Positions 1 to 12,971 are shown, counted from the stretch's first letter. The stretch is 64,000 nucleotides of DNA from Leucoraja ocellata (GCA_036785375.1 JAWMAR010000116.1:2914001-2978000); one strand, 5' to 3'. Numbers and translations: made by a program. Notes: generated by a model from the sequence alone, not told the origin.

Positions 1-208
1 GTATATGGAAAAAAGTAAATATATTTTAAGATTAGATACTTGAGTGGGATATAAAATCATTGATAACAATCTGTGTGATCCAGTAGAGATTCTGGGCTCA
101 CAAATCTGTACATTTTGCTGCTTGAAGCAACAACATTCATAGAGTACATGAGGAGATGTATTCTCCCTTTCTCTACCTATCTGGAACCCTGGCAACTTCC
201 ACTTGATC

Positions 209-513
209 CACAGTGGCGCAGCGGTAGAGTTGCTGTCCTACAGCGTTTGCAGCATTAGGGTTCGATCCCGACTACGGGTGCTGTCTGTACGGAGTTTGTA
301 TATTCTCCCCGTGACCGCGTGGGTTTTCTCCAAGATCGTCGGTTTCCTCCCACACTCCAAAGACGTACGGGTATGTAGGTTAATTGGCTTGGTATCAGTG
401 TAAATTGTCCCTACTGTGTGTAGGATAGTGTTAATGTGCTGGAATTGCTGGTCGGTGCGGACTCGGTGGGCCGAAGGGCCTGTTTTCGCGCTGTATCTCT
501 AAACTAAACTAAA
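209..513 (+). mobile_element. tRNA-derived SINE (HE1/V-SINE-like), full length
   Basis: A-box-like GTGGCGCAGCGG, B-box GGTTCGATCCC, central GGTTTCCTCCCACA..AAAGAC motif, CR1-like 3' end GGGCCGAAGGGCCTGT and (AAACT)n tail; about 20 homologues in the window. Confidence 0.9.
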
Positions 514-526
514 GTAACTTACAGAC

Positions 527-697
527 TGGGACTCGAAAATGGCACCAAATCTGGCAGCTCTGTATAATGACTCAGGGTACTGCTACTATACACTTGTATT
601 GTATCTGTGATGCTTATCTAAGATGTATCTGAGCTTATGTATGGTGATATTGGACTGAACTGTATAACAAAATGATTTACACGGTACCACTGTACCT
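527..697 (+). repeat. Unclassified short interspersed repeat (family X)
   Basis: Homologous to 3096-3292 (minus) and 29387-29600/30243-30335; begins CTGGGAC..GAAAATGGC.CCAAA. Confidence 0.75.
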
Positions 698-1158
698 TTG
701 TAATTTTGTAACGCTGCAGTACATTGCATAATGCCGCCAATGAGACATTGTGTTAGGTATCTGAGACGGTTGCCCTAAAGTTCTCGGGACACCTTCTGTT
801 CGCAGCGGAAGTGTTTCTGGGATTGTGATATTGCCGTGGCAATGGGTGTACGATCCGTGTATAGTGGAGCATCATGGGAAGGTAGTGGAGGGGAGCACTG
901 AAGAATCAAGGATCCTGTTGCTCCAGAAAGACAACGAGATGTGCACCCACTCCTTGCGGCTCACTAAGGAGCAAGCCCAGCCTGCTGCCATCATCACAGG
1001 TCTAATATAACCCTGGTTACCTTCCTACTGAGACACAAGGTCACCTTCTTGATTTGTTGCAGATTGTTGGAGCACTGGAATTGTTGCAGCGCTATCCAAT
1101 GAAGGGAGTTTCATGGCTTCTACCTCCCTCACTCTGGCTCCTAGCACTAGCAGGATAT

Positions 1159-1448
1159 TGTGGCGCAGCGTGTAAAGATGCTGCCTCACAGCGCCAAAGA
1201 CCCGGGTTCGATCCTAACTATCGGGGCTATCTGTGTGGAGTTCGTACATTTCCCGTGTGGCCACATAGGGTTTTCTCCTGGTGCTCCAGTTTCCTCCCAC
1301 ATCGCAAAGACGTGCAGGTTTGTAGGTTAATTGGCCTTAGGAAATGACCCCTGATGTACGGGACATAGAACGAGTGTATGGGTGATTGATGGTCAGTGTA
1401 GACTCGGTGGGCCAAAGGGCCTGTGTCCATGCGGTGTCTCTAAACTAA
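1159..1448 (+). mobile_element. HE1/V-SINE-like SINE
   Basis: Same boxes, central domain and AAACT tail as 209-513. Confidence 0.9.
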
Positions 1449-2182
1449 GATTGAGTTGAAAGTGCTACGTTTATCCCTCCTGCACATCTGCCATTAGGAG
1501 GAGAATCAAGACTGTATCGTCATAAGGAATTGTTAACCATTATTTATTTGCATTGGATCCTTTCACAAAGAAATTGGGATCATAATTTCGCACCCCATTC
1601 AAGTACCTAATCTGAGATTATGTTGATTTGTTTCATACAATTAAATATTTTCCCACCTATAAACCTAATTGGGTTTGTATCATCAGCGCGTATCGCTATA
1701 AAGCTCGTCAGTCTGGCTTCCTATGTTTTGATACATTTATGTTCATGTATAATTCATAACCACCTCCATTAACCAAGAAATGCCTCTTATAACTGACAAA
1801 ATATTGATCCATTTTATTGCCTATTGCTTTAGTTCACCGTACCTGTCCTGGCTAATGAGTATATTTTCTCTCGCTAGTGTGTTTTAGAATCATCTGCCTG
1901 GAGAGATTTTTTTTAATGCTTTGTCCCCCAGGGTAAACTCCTTTTATTTTAATGTGTTTCTCTCTCATTACTTTTCATAGTTAAAGAGGATAAGTGGGAG
2001 GAAGCACTGAGAATGGGGGAGGGTACCAGAGGGAGATTTAAAGGGTCAGTCTTCAGCAGGGTTTGCCCTGTTTTTACGTTTCATTAACGAAGATTATAGG
2101 TTGCACCTTTACGCACCGATTTTCTCGGCAAGGCTGCAGTGCACATAATGATGTCATTAGCTATGTGACTGTCACTGACAAA

Positions 2183-2966
2183 TCCCTGGTTAACTCATCC
2201 CTGTCCACCCAAACTATCTTCCCCCCTGGTACCTTCCTCTGCAGCCGCAAAAGATGCAACACCTGTCGCTATAGCCCCTCCCTCGAATCTGTCCAGGGAC
2301 CCTCGACAGTCCTTTCAGGTTAGGCAGAGGTTCACTTGAATGTCCTCCAACCTCATCTACTGTATCCGTTGTTCAAGATGTGGACTCTTATACATCAGTG
2401 AGGCCAAACGCAGACTGGGCGATCGTTTAATGGAACAACTTCGTTCAGCCCGCCTGACCCACCTGATCTCCCGGTTGCTGGACACTTTAATTCTCCTTCC
2501 CATTCCACCACAGACCTTTCTGTCCTCGGTCTCCTCCATTGTCAGAGTGAGGCTAAACACAAATTGGAGGAACAGCAGCACATATTTTGCATGGGCAGCT
2601 TACAGCCCAGTGGTATGAATATTGATTTCTCTCACTTCAGGTAGCCCCGGCATTCCCTCTCTCTCTATCCCTCCCCCACCCAAGTCACACTAGCTTCTCA
2701 TTTTCACCCTACAAATAGCTAACAATGGCCTGTTTCCTTTATCATCATTACTTTTTTCCATATCCTTCATTCATTGTTCTTTATCTCTCCACATCACCGT
2801 ACATATCTCTCTTGTTTCCGTTATCCCTAACCAGTATGAAGAAGTGTCTTGATCCGAAACGTCACCCATTCCTTCTCTCCAGAGATGCTGCCTGTCCCGC
2901 TGAGTTACTCCAGCTTTTTGTATCTATCTCCGGTTTAAACCAGCATCTGCAGTTCCTTCTTAAACA
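2183..2966 (+). mobile_element. Penelope-like element 3' fragment: degenerate GIY-YIG endonuclease plus terminal repeat with degenerate hammerhead
   Basis: Frameshifted ORFs PGTFLCSRKRCNTC and SSNLIYCIRCSRCGLLYISEAKRRLGDR (Cys-rich linker plus GIY-YIG of PLEs), then ATGAAGAAGTGTCTTGATCCGAAACGTC at 2836-2863. Confidence 0.88.
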
Positions 2967-3095
2967 TTGACAAATGTCAGCCAGGCAATACGGAAACATG
3001 CCAGAAGTTGCCTGCTGAAAAATGATCATGATTGCATACAGAATGGCTTTTAGGCAAAGAACAGCACCATAGGAAATGAATGGAAATGAGTCCAT

Positions 3096-3292
3096 TCAAC
3101 GGTTCAATGGTACTTCATCTGTCACATGTACCGAGGTACAGTGACATTAATGTTTGTATACAGCTCAGCACATATCACTATACATAAGCACTTAGATACA
3201 TCTTAGATAGGCATCTCAGATACAAGTGCATAGCAGTAATACACGGAGACAGTATACAGAGTCGCCAGTTTGGCACCATTTTCAAGTCCCAT
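3096..3292 (-). repeat. Family X repeat
   Basis: Reverse-complement homology to 527-697, including the GTACATGTGAC..CCATTGAA tail. Confidence 0.75.
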
Positions 3293-3804
3293 TTGTTGTA
3301 TGTGCAGGGTTCTTGACCCGACATTGAAGAACCGTTGTCCGAGCGCCATTTCTAAGCAAAGCTATACAATTTTCTTTTGACCTCTACCTGCACTTCACCG
3401 ACTGCATTGTGATCAGAGGCTCAAAAGCATGTAGTCCATAAACAATCAACCTTTGCACAGTTGAAATGCAACTTATTCCCTCCTCCCATGAACGTTGGCT
3501 TAGTTATCAGCTCTTCCATTTATCTCTTTATTAGCGGGTATGGGCTTCATCCCACTATGGTCATGATCATCAAGGCACGTCAGTGTGTGTGACTCTAGTA
3601 GTGCCTAGTTAAGCGCAGCTCCAATAGTCAAAACGCTCATCAAGATCCACTTGACCGGTCATTTATTGAAGAGTTGGCTCTTCAAAGACCTGTCTCCTTT
3701 GCTATGAACAAGTAATTTGTAGAAAGCCCAAACTGGAATAAACTGGAATGACAATACAGGCCTTACCTTGTACGGAGAAGGAATCTTATACTATGTGTCC
3801 ACAG

Positions 3805-3957
3805 TATGTAGATACTAAGTGCTGGAGTAACTCCGTGAATCAGGTAGTTTTTCTGGAGAAAAAGGATGTGTGTAGAGATGCTGCCTGACCCATTGATTTG
3901 CTCCAGCACCTTGTGTCTATCTTCAGTATATACAGCACCAGCATGTGCAGAACCTGT
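3805..3957. mobile_element. PLE terminal-repeat inverted pair, centre deleted
   Basis: GCTGGAGTAACTC..CTGGAGAAAAAGGAT followed by AGAGATGCTGCCTGACCC..CTCCAGCA. Confidence 0.65.
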
Positions 3958-5171
3958 CTGCAAATTTTGTCCATGGTATATAATCCATAAGATGCCAGGT
4001 TATCTGAATTTAAATGTGTGCATTTGTCTTTTCAAAATTTTAAATGTGTTTTTTATTTCATCAATCTTATTGCATGCCATTAAAAAAAAATCATATAGTC
4101 AAAAGGAACAAATAGTTTTCTAGGTCATCATCAGCTGGAGTTCCTGCTGCAAGATCCTGTTGTGCATCAACATAGCAGAGTGGAGATATGTTTTGGCACA
4201 GTTTGTAAAATCTTAACCAAGTGATGGACCAAGTGATAGACCCTGAGGTCGGAATGAGCTACCTTTGCAAAACATAGTTGTGAGAATGTTCATCTGCATG
4301 CTGCATATTACCTTTTTGCACCTTGAGGGAGATTGTTTGTGGGATTCCAACAGCTACAGAGAACCTGGAGAACCTGAAAGGGGCAGGGAAAATGTAAGGG
4401 TGGGTTCTTTGAAGAGGCCCGATGAATATTCATAATTACTTACCAGGATGCCCTCTGGCTTCTCTGTTGAACCTTGTCACGTTTCACTCAAATTGAATAC
4501 TTTATGGAATACTTTATTGTCACATGTGACAAGTCACAGTGAAAGTCTTTGCCTGCAATACCCAAGGTATGCAAACAGTCGCCACATAAAGGGTGCTGAC
4601 AAAGTTACAAGTATCCCGTGTCAAGTCCACATTTGTTCTCCCTCCTTCTCCAACCCTTGGCTCTCTGATTTAATTCCGATTTATTTTTTTCAAACCACCC
4701 CTAGACACAATCTAGGTGCGACCACTTGGCTTTCGATTGCGCACAAGAATCTCAATGTTGAATCCCAACTTCAACATGGTCCAATGTTTCACCCCCCCCT
4801 CCGCTCCCCCCCCCCCCCCCCCCCCCCCCCCATTCCATTCTGCGGTTTGTTGTGGGTGGGTTTTAATTCAGTAAAGAGCAACATGCTTGGCCTCCATGAC
4901 TACAAAGTAATGCCTTGATATGACCCTGCCGGAAAGCGCAAGGGCAAAACCTCTTTGAATTCTAATATCATGTGATGTACTATGGTTTCTATGGTCAACC
5001 TCAACAAGGGTGTTGCTGATTTGAAACTGCCCGGTTTTGACTGAAGGAAAGTCAAAGATCCGTCTAGACAATGTCCAATAGCTGGATTGACAAGAAGGGC
5101 AACATAAACTGCACCTTCTTTGATTTCTTATGTTTTTATGTAATCAGGATGCAAGGAGTCAGGGCCACCAA

Positions 5172-5286
5172 TCACACACACCCCCTCCACACACATGTAC
5201 GCAACACACACACACACCCTCAAACACCCTCCTCACACACACCCAAACACCCCCTCCACACATACACGCAAACACCCCCTCCACAC
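5172..5286. repeat. CA-rich simple repeat
   Basis: Low-complexity CACAC/CCCCTCC units running into a gap. Confidence 0.9.
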
Positions 5287-5478
5287 NNNNNNNNNNNNNN
5301 NNNNNNNNNNNNNNNNNNNNNNNNNNNNNNNNNNNNNNNNNNNNNNNNNNNNNNNNNNNNNNNNNNNNNNNNNNNNNNNNNNNNNNNNNNNNNNNNNNNN
5401 NNNNNNNNNNNNNNNNNNNNNNNNNNNNNNNNNNNNNNNNNNNNNNNNNNNNNNNNNNNNNNNNNNNNNNNNNNNNNN
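5287..5478. other. Assembly gap (N)
   Basis: Run of n. Confidence 1.
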
Positions 5479-5599
5479 GATGAAACAGGGAAGAACAGTA
5501 AAAACACATCTCAATCAAAATCTGTGACTGTGTATCTGCCCAAGCATTAGTTCATAGTTATTTTAAATTATGATGGTCTGTTTAGCAATAATCACCTAG

Positions 5600-6600
5600 A
5601 GACATGGAGTCATTGAATCATTCAGCGTGGAAACATTCAGCCCAGCTCATCCACACTAACCAATGGACTCCCTTCTGTATTAATCCCATCTCCCGGTATT
5701 TGGTCCATAAACATCTATGTCCAGGCAATTCAAGTGCTTTTCTGGACACTGACATGTTATCAGTGACCCAGTTACAACCGTTCTGTCAGGCAGTGTATTC
5801 CACTCTCTAATCAAAAACATTTCCCTCAAATCGCTCTACATCCATTCCACCTTACCCTCATTCTGTGCCTTCAAGTTTTATTTCCCTCTATTATGGGGAA
5901 AGGTTTCCAGTAACCAATCCTATTTATAATCCCTTGTAACTTTATATAGTTTCTCCAGTCATAAATCGAGACCCAAACTCTCGACGGTCCATTTTCCTCC
6001 AACTGCCCCATCCTAGGCAACAACCTGATGAATTCTGCTGCACGATACCTAGCATTATCACACCCTTCCTATAGCATGGTGACCAGAACTGCGTACAGGA
6101 CTCCACCTGAGGTCTGACCATATTTTTGTAAAAATGGAACATTACTATCCTAATTCGGTGTTCAACGTCCCAACTAATGAAGGAACATCTACTTTCCGAC
6201 AACTATATGTCCTTGACAAAACAATTTTGGACGTCTCTGATTAGTCCCAGAATTTCCAAGTGTCTATCGATCCTCTCCGTGAGAGATTTTCCAGTATCTT
6301 CTCCAACACTGATGTAAAGCTCACAAGCCTACAGCTGCCAGGCTTTTCGTTGCTGCCTTTCTCAAAAAGGGAAATCACATTTGCTGTCCTCTGGTAATCT
6401 AAGTACCTCTCTTATGTCCAGTGAAGAGTTAGAAATCTCAGCCGGAGCACCAGCGATTTCTCCCCTTGCCCCGTGTAACAGCCTGGGATGTATCATGTCT
6501 GCTCCTGGAGACTTATCCACCCTGTAGCCCTCGAAGGCATTGAGTACTTTCTCTTTACTTATGGAGACCTGCACTAGACCTTCACCTGGACTAGACCTTC
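5600..6600 (-). mobile_element. Old degenerate CR1 LINE fragments
   Basis: Minus ORFs with VRPQVESCTQFWSP and DKSPGADMIHPRLL resemble CR1 ORF2. Confidence 0.75.
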
Positions 6601-6821
6601 ACTGAATCTAACAACCACACAGTCTGCCAGCGCCACACCCTTGCACATCTCCTTCCCTCCCAGCTCTCATGGAACACCAAAGCATTAATTTACACATCAA
6701 GAGAAAAGCATTGTTGAATTTTATACAATGAACTATAATTCAAGTGGGTTGTGAACATTTACGTCAAGGAAGAGGTGCGCAAGATTTATGCGGCTTGATT
6801 TGCATATTGTAAGGTTATTTA

Positions 6822-7517
6822 AGGGCCTGTCCCACTTACGTGTCTTTGGCACGCAAATTACATGACCTCGTGGTCGCGTTAAGGCGCACGGGCATCGTAT
6901 GGTCGCGCGGGACCGGTCCCACTGAGAAGCGCGGAGGGGTATGTAGTTGTGCGCGACATCGCGCGGGGCTCCAAAATGTTTGTAGCGAACAATATCTTCG
7001 CGCGTCAACGGCCTGTCGCGTAAATGACGGCCAAAGTGGGACAGGCCCAAGACCCTGGCGTGATGCAACGTCTCACCTTCAACAGCAGCAGAAGCAGGCA
7101 AACAATCGCCGAGCTCGGCCTGCGGCTCACGGCCGTTGCGGTCCGGGTCCGCCTCCACATCAACTCCCAGAGCGGGGCCAAGAAAATTGAAGATAGACAC
7201 AATATGCTGGAGTAACTCAGCGGGACCGGCAGCATCTCTGGAGAGAAGCAATGGGTGACGTTTCAGGTCAAGACCCTTCTTTCCGACTGAAGAAGAGTCT
7301 CGACACGAAACGTCATCCATTCCTTCTCTCCAGAGAAGCTGCCAGTCCCACTGAGTTACTCCTGCATTTTGTGTCCATATTCAAATGACGTCACGCACTC
7401 CAGACGGCTGTGCGGGCGAATGAAGTTGTACGCGACCTTCGCGGGACCGTCGCGCCTCAGCGCGACCACAAGGTCGCGTAATTAGCGTGCCAAGGGCACG
7501 TAAGCGAGACAAGGGCT
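6822..7517. mobile_element. MITE (Harbinger-like) with about 70 bp imperfect TIRs, CpG-rich, containing a PLE-derived insertion
   Basis: Left AGGGCCTGTCCCACTTACGTGTCTTTGGCACGC.. matches the reverse complement of the right end; flanks TTA/TAA; shares CCTGTCCCACTTA with the MITEs at 15629 and 29864. Confidence 0.8.
7187..7384. mobile_element. Palindromic PLE terminal-repeat pair with hammerhead-like motif on each strand
   Basis: Inverted arms of about 95 bp; minus motif 7256-7285, plus CTGAAGAAGAGTCTCGACACGAAACGTC 7287-7314. Confidence 0.85.
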
Positions 7518-9387
7518 TAAGTCAGCATTAAACGGCTTCAAAGAAATTAGATACTTGGTTGATTGTTTTACCGCATTGATAAAGCCTTCAATAAACCGAC
7601 TTGTTCCATAGACTCACTACTGATTTACGAACTGTTTGATTTTGTGTATGTGCCTGTCTGAGTAAAGTCAGATGTAGGGTACAGGTATAGCACAAAATAC
7701 CCTCGTACACCGGCGAATTATGACTACTGTACCACGTTATGATTTCTTGGTTGACAATTGTTTTCGATTCATTTTTTCCAGTATGTGAGTTTTATAGCCA
7801 AGATTGTCCTTCCCTCATTACATTGAGAAGGTGCTGATACAGGCTGAGATAGGTTTCATAACAAGGTGATGAAGAATCATACACATGAATGGGACTGGAA
7901 CAACTTTGTGTGCAGAGCAAAGAAAATCAAGAGATTTGCTGCAACTCAAAAGGACATTGACAGAATTCATCATATTCATTGCCACACCCTTCCACTTCTC
8001 TAAGCATTTTTATACCAACAGTGTTCGCACGTAACTCTTACTTTCCCCTTGTTTTCAAGTTAATAGAAATGCTCAAAGCTAATGTCACTTTCATCATTTA
8101 CTTTAATTTCACTCTCATCTAGTGTTAACAGTGCATTTGCTTTGATCTCGTAGATCTGAAGTATTTAAAAGTTGACAGACAAGTTTCATTCATGTACTTT
8201 GGTACTGGGCATCGGTAATAGATAGGACAGGTTCTCCTCTAGGCTCTGCTTCTCCAAGCCAAGAACTAGGCAACCAGACAGATTTATGTGGCTTGACACC
8301 CTTGATTTGTATTTTGTAAGGTTATTCAGTCAGCACTGAACTGCTTCAAAGAATTTGAAAATGAAAACAATTATTATATCTCATGTAATCTTAGCCGCAT
8401 ATCTGCTAGCTTTTCGTCATATTACAAACCTAACCTTGTTGTTGCCTCTGGGAGTTATCTGTTTAGCCAGCATCCCTGACACAGGTGACTGTAGCAAAGA
8501 ATAAAAATAATGGGGTTTTGTTTCAAAGATGTGATGTGTCTTTAATCTCAGCCAACTGAGGCTACAATTTCAGGCTATCAAACAATCATAGCACGGAGTT
8601 AACCTTTTCAAAAGAGATCTAACCTTTTCATCAATGTCTATGTTCTTCCTCTATTATTCCTGTTTGATTGCTGTGATTGAATTATAAACAGGGAGAAGAT
8701 GTTCTGAAGCAACATTTGTTCTGTTGGGTGTCTTAAGAGCACTTGTAGAAAAAAAACAGGATGAGCATGGAAGAGATAGCATTAACTTCTTCCAGCTTCA
8801 TTCTCAATGAGCGGCTATATGTAATTTGTCCCTTGTATTTTCATGTAACTAATCAAGCTCAGAATACAACTTCTTAAAATATTTCTTAGGGGCAAAGGAA
8901 GTGAAATAACTCCTCTACAAAGGAAATAAATTAACTCCTCTAAGATAGGTGGGGTGTTAAAAAAACACCTTGCATAACATCAAGCTTCCTACTCCCCTCC
9001 CTTGGTCTAGTATTAATGAAGGCAAGTGAGAGAGAGGGGTAACTGGGTAGTGATAGAAAAGGTTGTATGTAAGCAGTCCACTTCCAAGGAGTCTTTTCTA
9101 AGTCTATCAGATATAAAACAATCTCTTCCTCAATTGGTCAAGTTTCTGAGACATGACCTCCACCAAACAAAGCCAGGCTTACTATCACTCATTAATCCAT
9201 GCCATTCCGGGTGATAGTAATTCCTATCGCTAAGAATGCTCTCCATTATTATCATAACTAATTTCAAAAATATTTACATGATTATAGCCTGCATTTCCAT
9301 TTTCAATCTCATATCCAAAATCCTTCCAATTTGAGTGCACAGCCCAAATGAATAGCAAGTTGAAACCTCAAGAATGGTTTGTGCGTG

Positions 9388-9655
9388 GAGACACAGGAAA
9401 CTGAAAATGCTGGTATCTTGAACAAAAAAAACTAAATGCTGGAGAAACTCCATGGGTCAGGCAACATCAGAACATTTTGGTTCAGTACCCTTCTTCAGAC
9501 ATATGGAGTGAGGGAGGGGAGAAAGCTGGAAAAGGAAGTTGGGATGGGGCAAAGCCAGCAAGTGATAGGTGGATGCAGGTGAAGGTTTAGGGTGACTGGC
9601 AGATGGGTGGAGGCATTGACAAAGTCTAGAGGTGAACAGGAGCCAAAAGGATGTC
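9388..9655 (-). mobile_element. PLE 3' fragment (terminal repeat plus pyrimidine-rich 3' UTR)
   Basis: GCTGGAGAAACTC..CCCTTCTTCAGAC followed by a purine-rich tract homologous to 12700-12970. Confidence 0.7.
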
Positions 9656-9682
9656 AAGACTCAAGAGTGTTTTATAGTTATA

Positions 9683-10717
9683 CTAGACTAAGTGGGACCC
9701 GTTGGGTCCCAGGTTCACACGGGAGGGCTGGTCCCTCAACGCAATATTCCATTTCTCCACCAATTCCAATTTGGTGGCCAGTAGGGGGGGGGGGTTCTGA
9801 AGCGCTAGCATAGGTATTGTGGGTTGGGTCAAGTCAAGCCAAGCACAGTGAGTGCAGGGCCAACAATTCACTTCAATCCATTTCATGTCAAGTCAATCCA
9901 TTTCAAGTCAAGTCTAGCACAGGGCAGGCGGGGACAGACCACATTACAATCCATTTGCTTTCATTTCAGGTGAGCTCAAGCAAAGCAAAGCTAAAACAAA
10001 AGCAAAAGCACAGGTCATGCGGGGCCAGCCTACAATACAGTCCATTTGCTTTCATTTCAGATGAGGTCAAGCAAAGCAAAGTCAAAGCAACAGCAAAAGC
10101 ACAGGCAGGCCAAACAACTCATTTCCTTTCATTAATGGCTAAGAAATCATTTATTGCAAGCACATTAAGGGTTAACAAATCATCATGCATTGCAAGCACA
10201 TTGCTGGCTAATACATAATTTATTGCAAACACATTACGGGTTAACAAATCATCATTCATTGCAAGCACATTGCTGGCTAACAAATCATTTATTGCAAGCA
10301 CATAAAGGGTTAACCACATAAAGCACAAAACCACATAAAGGGTAGACTCACAGTTCAGTAGACTCACAGTTCAGCAGACTCACAGCAGAATCAGAATTGT
10401 GGCCTCTCCCTCACGATCTTTCAGAGTAACTGACTCACATCCAGGCATCCATGGTTTTATAGTCCTGCCCTCCCCCGGGAAGGGGCGTTACCTTCATCGT
10501 GGTGATTGACAGGCGAGAGGAACAATCAGCTGATTTTTTAAACACTCATAACTTTTTTATTTTTCATCAATCGGAAAAATCCTCAGGGCTGCCTCAGGGG
10601 AGGAGGACTGTGAGTAAGATGGCCAAAAATCACAGCGATATAAGGTAGCGTTTTTTTCTAAAATCAATATACAGCGCAGACAGGAAGTGGTCAAGATGAG
10701 ACTTTTAATTATATAGA
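9683..10717 (-). mobile_element. Non-autonomous Helitron
   Basis: Minus strand starts TCTATATAATTAAAAG and ends GGGACCC-AAC-GGGTCCC-ACTTAGTCTAG; inserted between A and T with no TSD, splitting a Rex1 tail. Confidence 0.88.
10140..10390. repeat. Minisatellite (about 33-39 bp units) and GACTCACAGTTCAG repeats inside the Helitron
   Basis: Repeated ATTGCAAGCACATT..GGGTTAAC/GGCTAA units. Confidence 0.85.
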
Positions 10718-11838
10718 TGTCCCGAGTGGGACAATGAAATTCTTACTTGCTGCAGCACGACAGAATATGTGAATATGTAAAAATAGTACATAACGGGGAA
10801 GAGAAAAAAATGAAAAGTTCAATAAATAACAAATATGGTGCAATAATAATATTGTATTTTGCAGTTCAGAGCTTGGAGCTTATTCTTTGTTGTGTTTAAT
10901 AGCCGGATGGCGGTAGGGAATAAGCTGTTCCTGAACCTGGACATTACAGTTTTCAGGCTCCTGTACCTTCTTCCTGATTGCAATGGTGAGATGAGTGTGT
11001 GGCCAGGATGGTGTAGGTCCTTGATGATTTTGTCTGCATTTTTGAGGCAGCAAATACGATAGATCCCTTCGACGGTGGGGAGGTCAAAGCCGGTGATGGA
11101 CTGGGCAGTGGTCACAACTTTTGGTAGTCTTATGCACTCCTGGACGTTCAAGTTGTCGAACCAGGCCACGATGCAACCAGTCAGAATGCTCTCTACCGTG
11201 CACCTATAGAAGTTTAGGAGAATCCTCTTCGACAAGGCGAATCTCCGTAATCGTCTCAGGAAGTAGAGTCGCTGATGTGCTTTCTTTATAATTGCATCGG
11301 TGTGCTTTGTCCAGGAGGGATCTTCGGAAATATGCACACCCAGGATTGTGAAGTTATTGACCCTCTCCACCATCGTCCCATTGATATGAACAGGATTGTG
11401 GGTCCTCATCCTTCCCCTTCCAAAGACCACAATCAGTTCCTTTGAGAGCCAGGTTGTTGTGCTGGCACCATTTGCTCAGTCGGTCGATCTCACTTCTATA
11501 CTCTGACTCATCCCCATCTGTGATTCGTCCAACCACAGTGGTGTCGTCGGTGACCAACTTGATGATGGAGTTCGCACTATGTCCAGCTACGCAGTCATGG
11601 GTATAGAGTGAGTAAAGCAGGGGGCTGAGCACGCAGCCTTAAGGTGCTCCCATACTAATTGTTACTGAGGATGAAGTGGTTCCTCCAATACGAACAGACT
11701 GTGGTCTGTGGATGAGGAAGTCGAGGATCCAATTGCAGAGGGATGCGCAGAGTCCCAGTTCCATGAGCTTGGTAACCAGTTTGGAAGGGATGATGATATT
11801 AAACGCCGAGCTGTAGTCTATAAACAACAGCCTGATGT
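10718..11838 (-). mobile_element. Rex1/Babar LINE, 5'-truncated, frameshifted RT; tail continues at 9655-9682
   Basis: ORFs 11639-11950 ([12 protein letters not shown]), 11354-11632 (LSPLLYSLYTHDC..DDTTVVG), 10819-11430 (KKAHQRLYFLRRLR..RFRNSLFPTAIRLLN). Confidence 0.9.
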
Positions 11839-12970
11839 AAGGAAAGAAGAGTAGGGGTGAGATGTAAAGCTGGAGGGAGTGATATGGGTGGAAGGAGGAC
11901 AGGGGGAGAGGAAAGAGGAGATCTGGGATGCAGGGATGGGAGATGAGCATTCCAAGGAGGGGAAAGGAGCAGGGTGATTAGGGTGGTGAGAGAAATAATG
12001 CGAGTTGGGAGTGGGGGAAAGGGAAAGAGAAAGGGGGATATTACTTGAACTTGGAGAATTTGCCTGCAACTACAGGGATTGTAACAGCTGTCCCTTCCCT
12101 CCTCTCTCACTTCATGCAGAGACCTGCGCGTAGACCACTGAGACCTTCTGGGGGTCCCAGTTGCTAACTGCTCTTCCCATACCCGTACCAACTTTTCTGT
12201 CCTTGACCTCCTCTGTTGTTGGAGTGATGCCAGACAAAAACTGGAAAAACAGCACCTCATATTTTGCCTGGGTAGCCTACAACCCAACTATGATCATCGA
12301 AGTTTCCAATTCCAAGTATATCCCCATAACCTACTTGCCCTGCGGTAGAGTTGCTGCCTTGCAGTGCAAGGGAACCAGGTTCAATCCTGACTGTGGGTGC
12401 TATCTGTATGGCGTTTGTACATTCTCCCAGTGACCACGTGGGGTTCCTCCGGGTGCTCAGGTTTCCTCCCACGTTCCAAGGATGTACAGGTTTGTAGGTT
12501 TATTGGCTTCGGTAACTTGTAAAATTGTCCCTAGTATGTAGGATAATGTTAGTATACAGGGCGATCGCTGGTCAGCACGAACTTGATGGTCCGAAGGGCC
12601 TGTTTCTACTCTGTGCATCTAAAGTCTAAAGGCTAAATCCCTGAGTTCCAGATTTATTTTACCCCCTCTTACCCCATCCAGTCCACCCATTTCCCATCCC
12701 TCCAATTTAACATTTCACACCTCCTTTCCTTATCTGGCACCCTTTTGTCTCCTTTTCACCACTAATGTTTGTCACTTACTCAACCCATCTGTCAACCACC
12801 CTCCCCCACCCCTCTACTCACCTGCATCCAAATATCACTTGCTAGGCTGTGTCCCACCCCCACCTTTCTTCTCCAGCATCCTGCCCCCTACTCTGGGGGT
12901 CAGTCTGAGGAAGGGTTCCAACCCAAACCACCATCTGTCCATTCCCTTCCCAGATGCTGCCTGGCCCATT
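11839..12970 (+). mobile_element. PLE fragment with inverted 5' piece (11839-12062), GIY-YIG remnant and terminal repeat, interrupted by a SINE
   Basis: NWKNSTSYFAWVAYNP matches the 2340 ORF; CTGAGGAAGGGTTCCAACCCAAA near 12905. Confidence 0.7.
12340..12636 (+). mobile_element. HE1/V-SINE-like SINE
   Basis: Family homology. Confidence 0.88.
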
Positions 12971-12971
12971 C

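Noticed and set aside
209-290. tRNA gene
   Set aside because: Only the tRNA-derived SINE head; no full cloverleaf, and it continues into the SINE body
3755-3775. Isolated minus-strand donor-like sites (also near 35800 and 61905)
   Set aside because: No convincing paired acceptor
5071-5550. Long ORFs across 5287-5478 (and likewise 45614-45880)
   Set aside because: Artefacts of N runs and simple repeats
6733-7320. 195-aa ORF
   Set aside because: Spans a GC-rich MITE and the PLE palindrome; no protein motif
10140-10390. CRISPR-like array
   Set aside because: Tandem minisatellite without unique spacers; eukaryotic context, no cas genes
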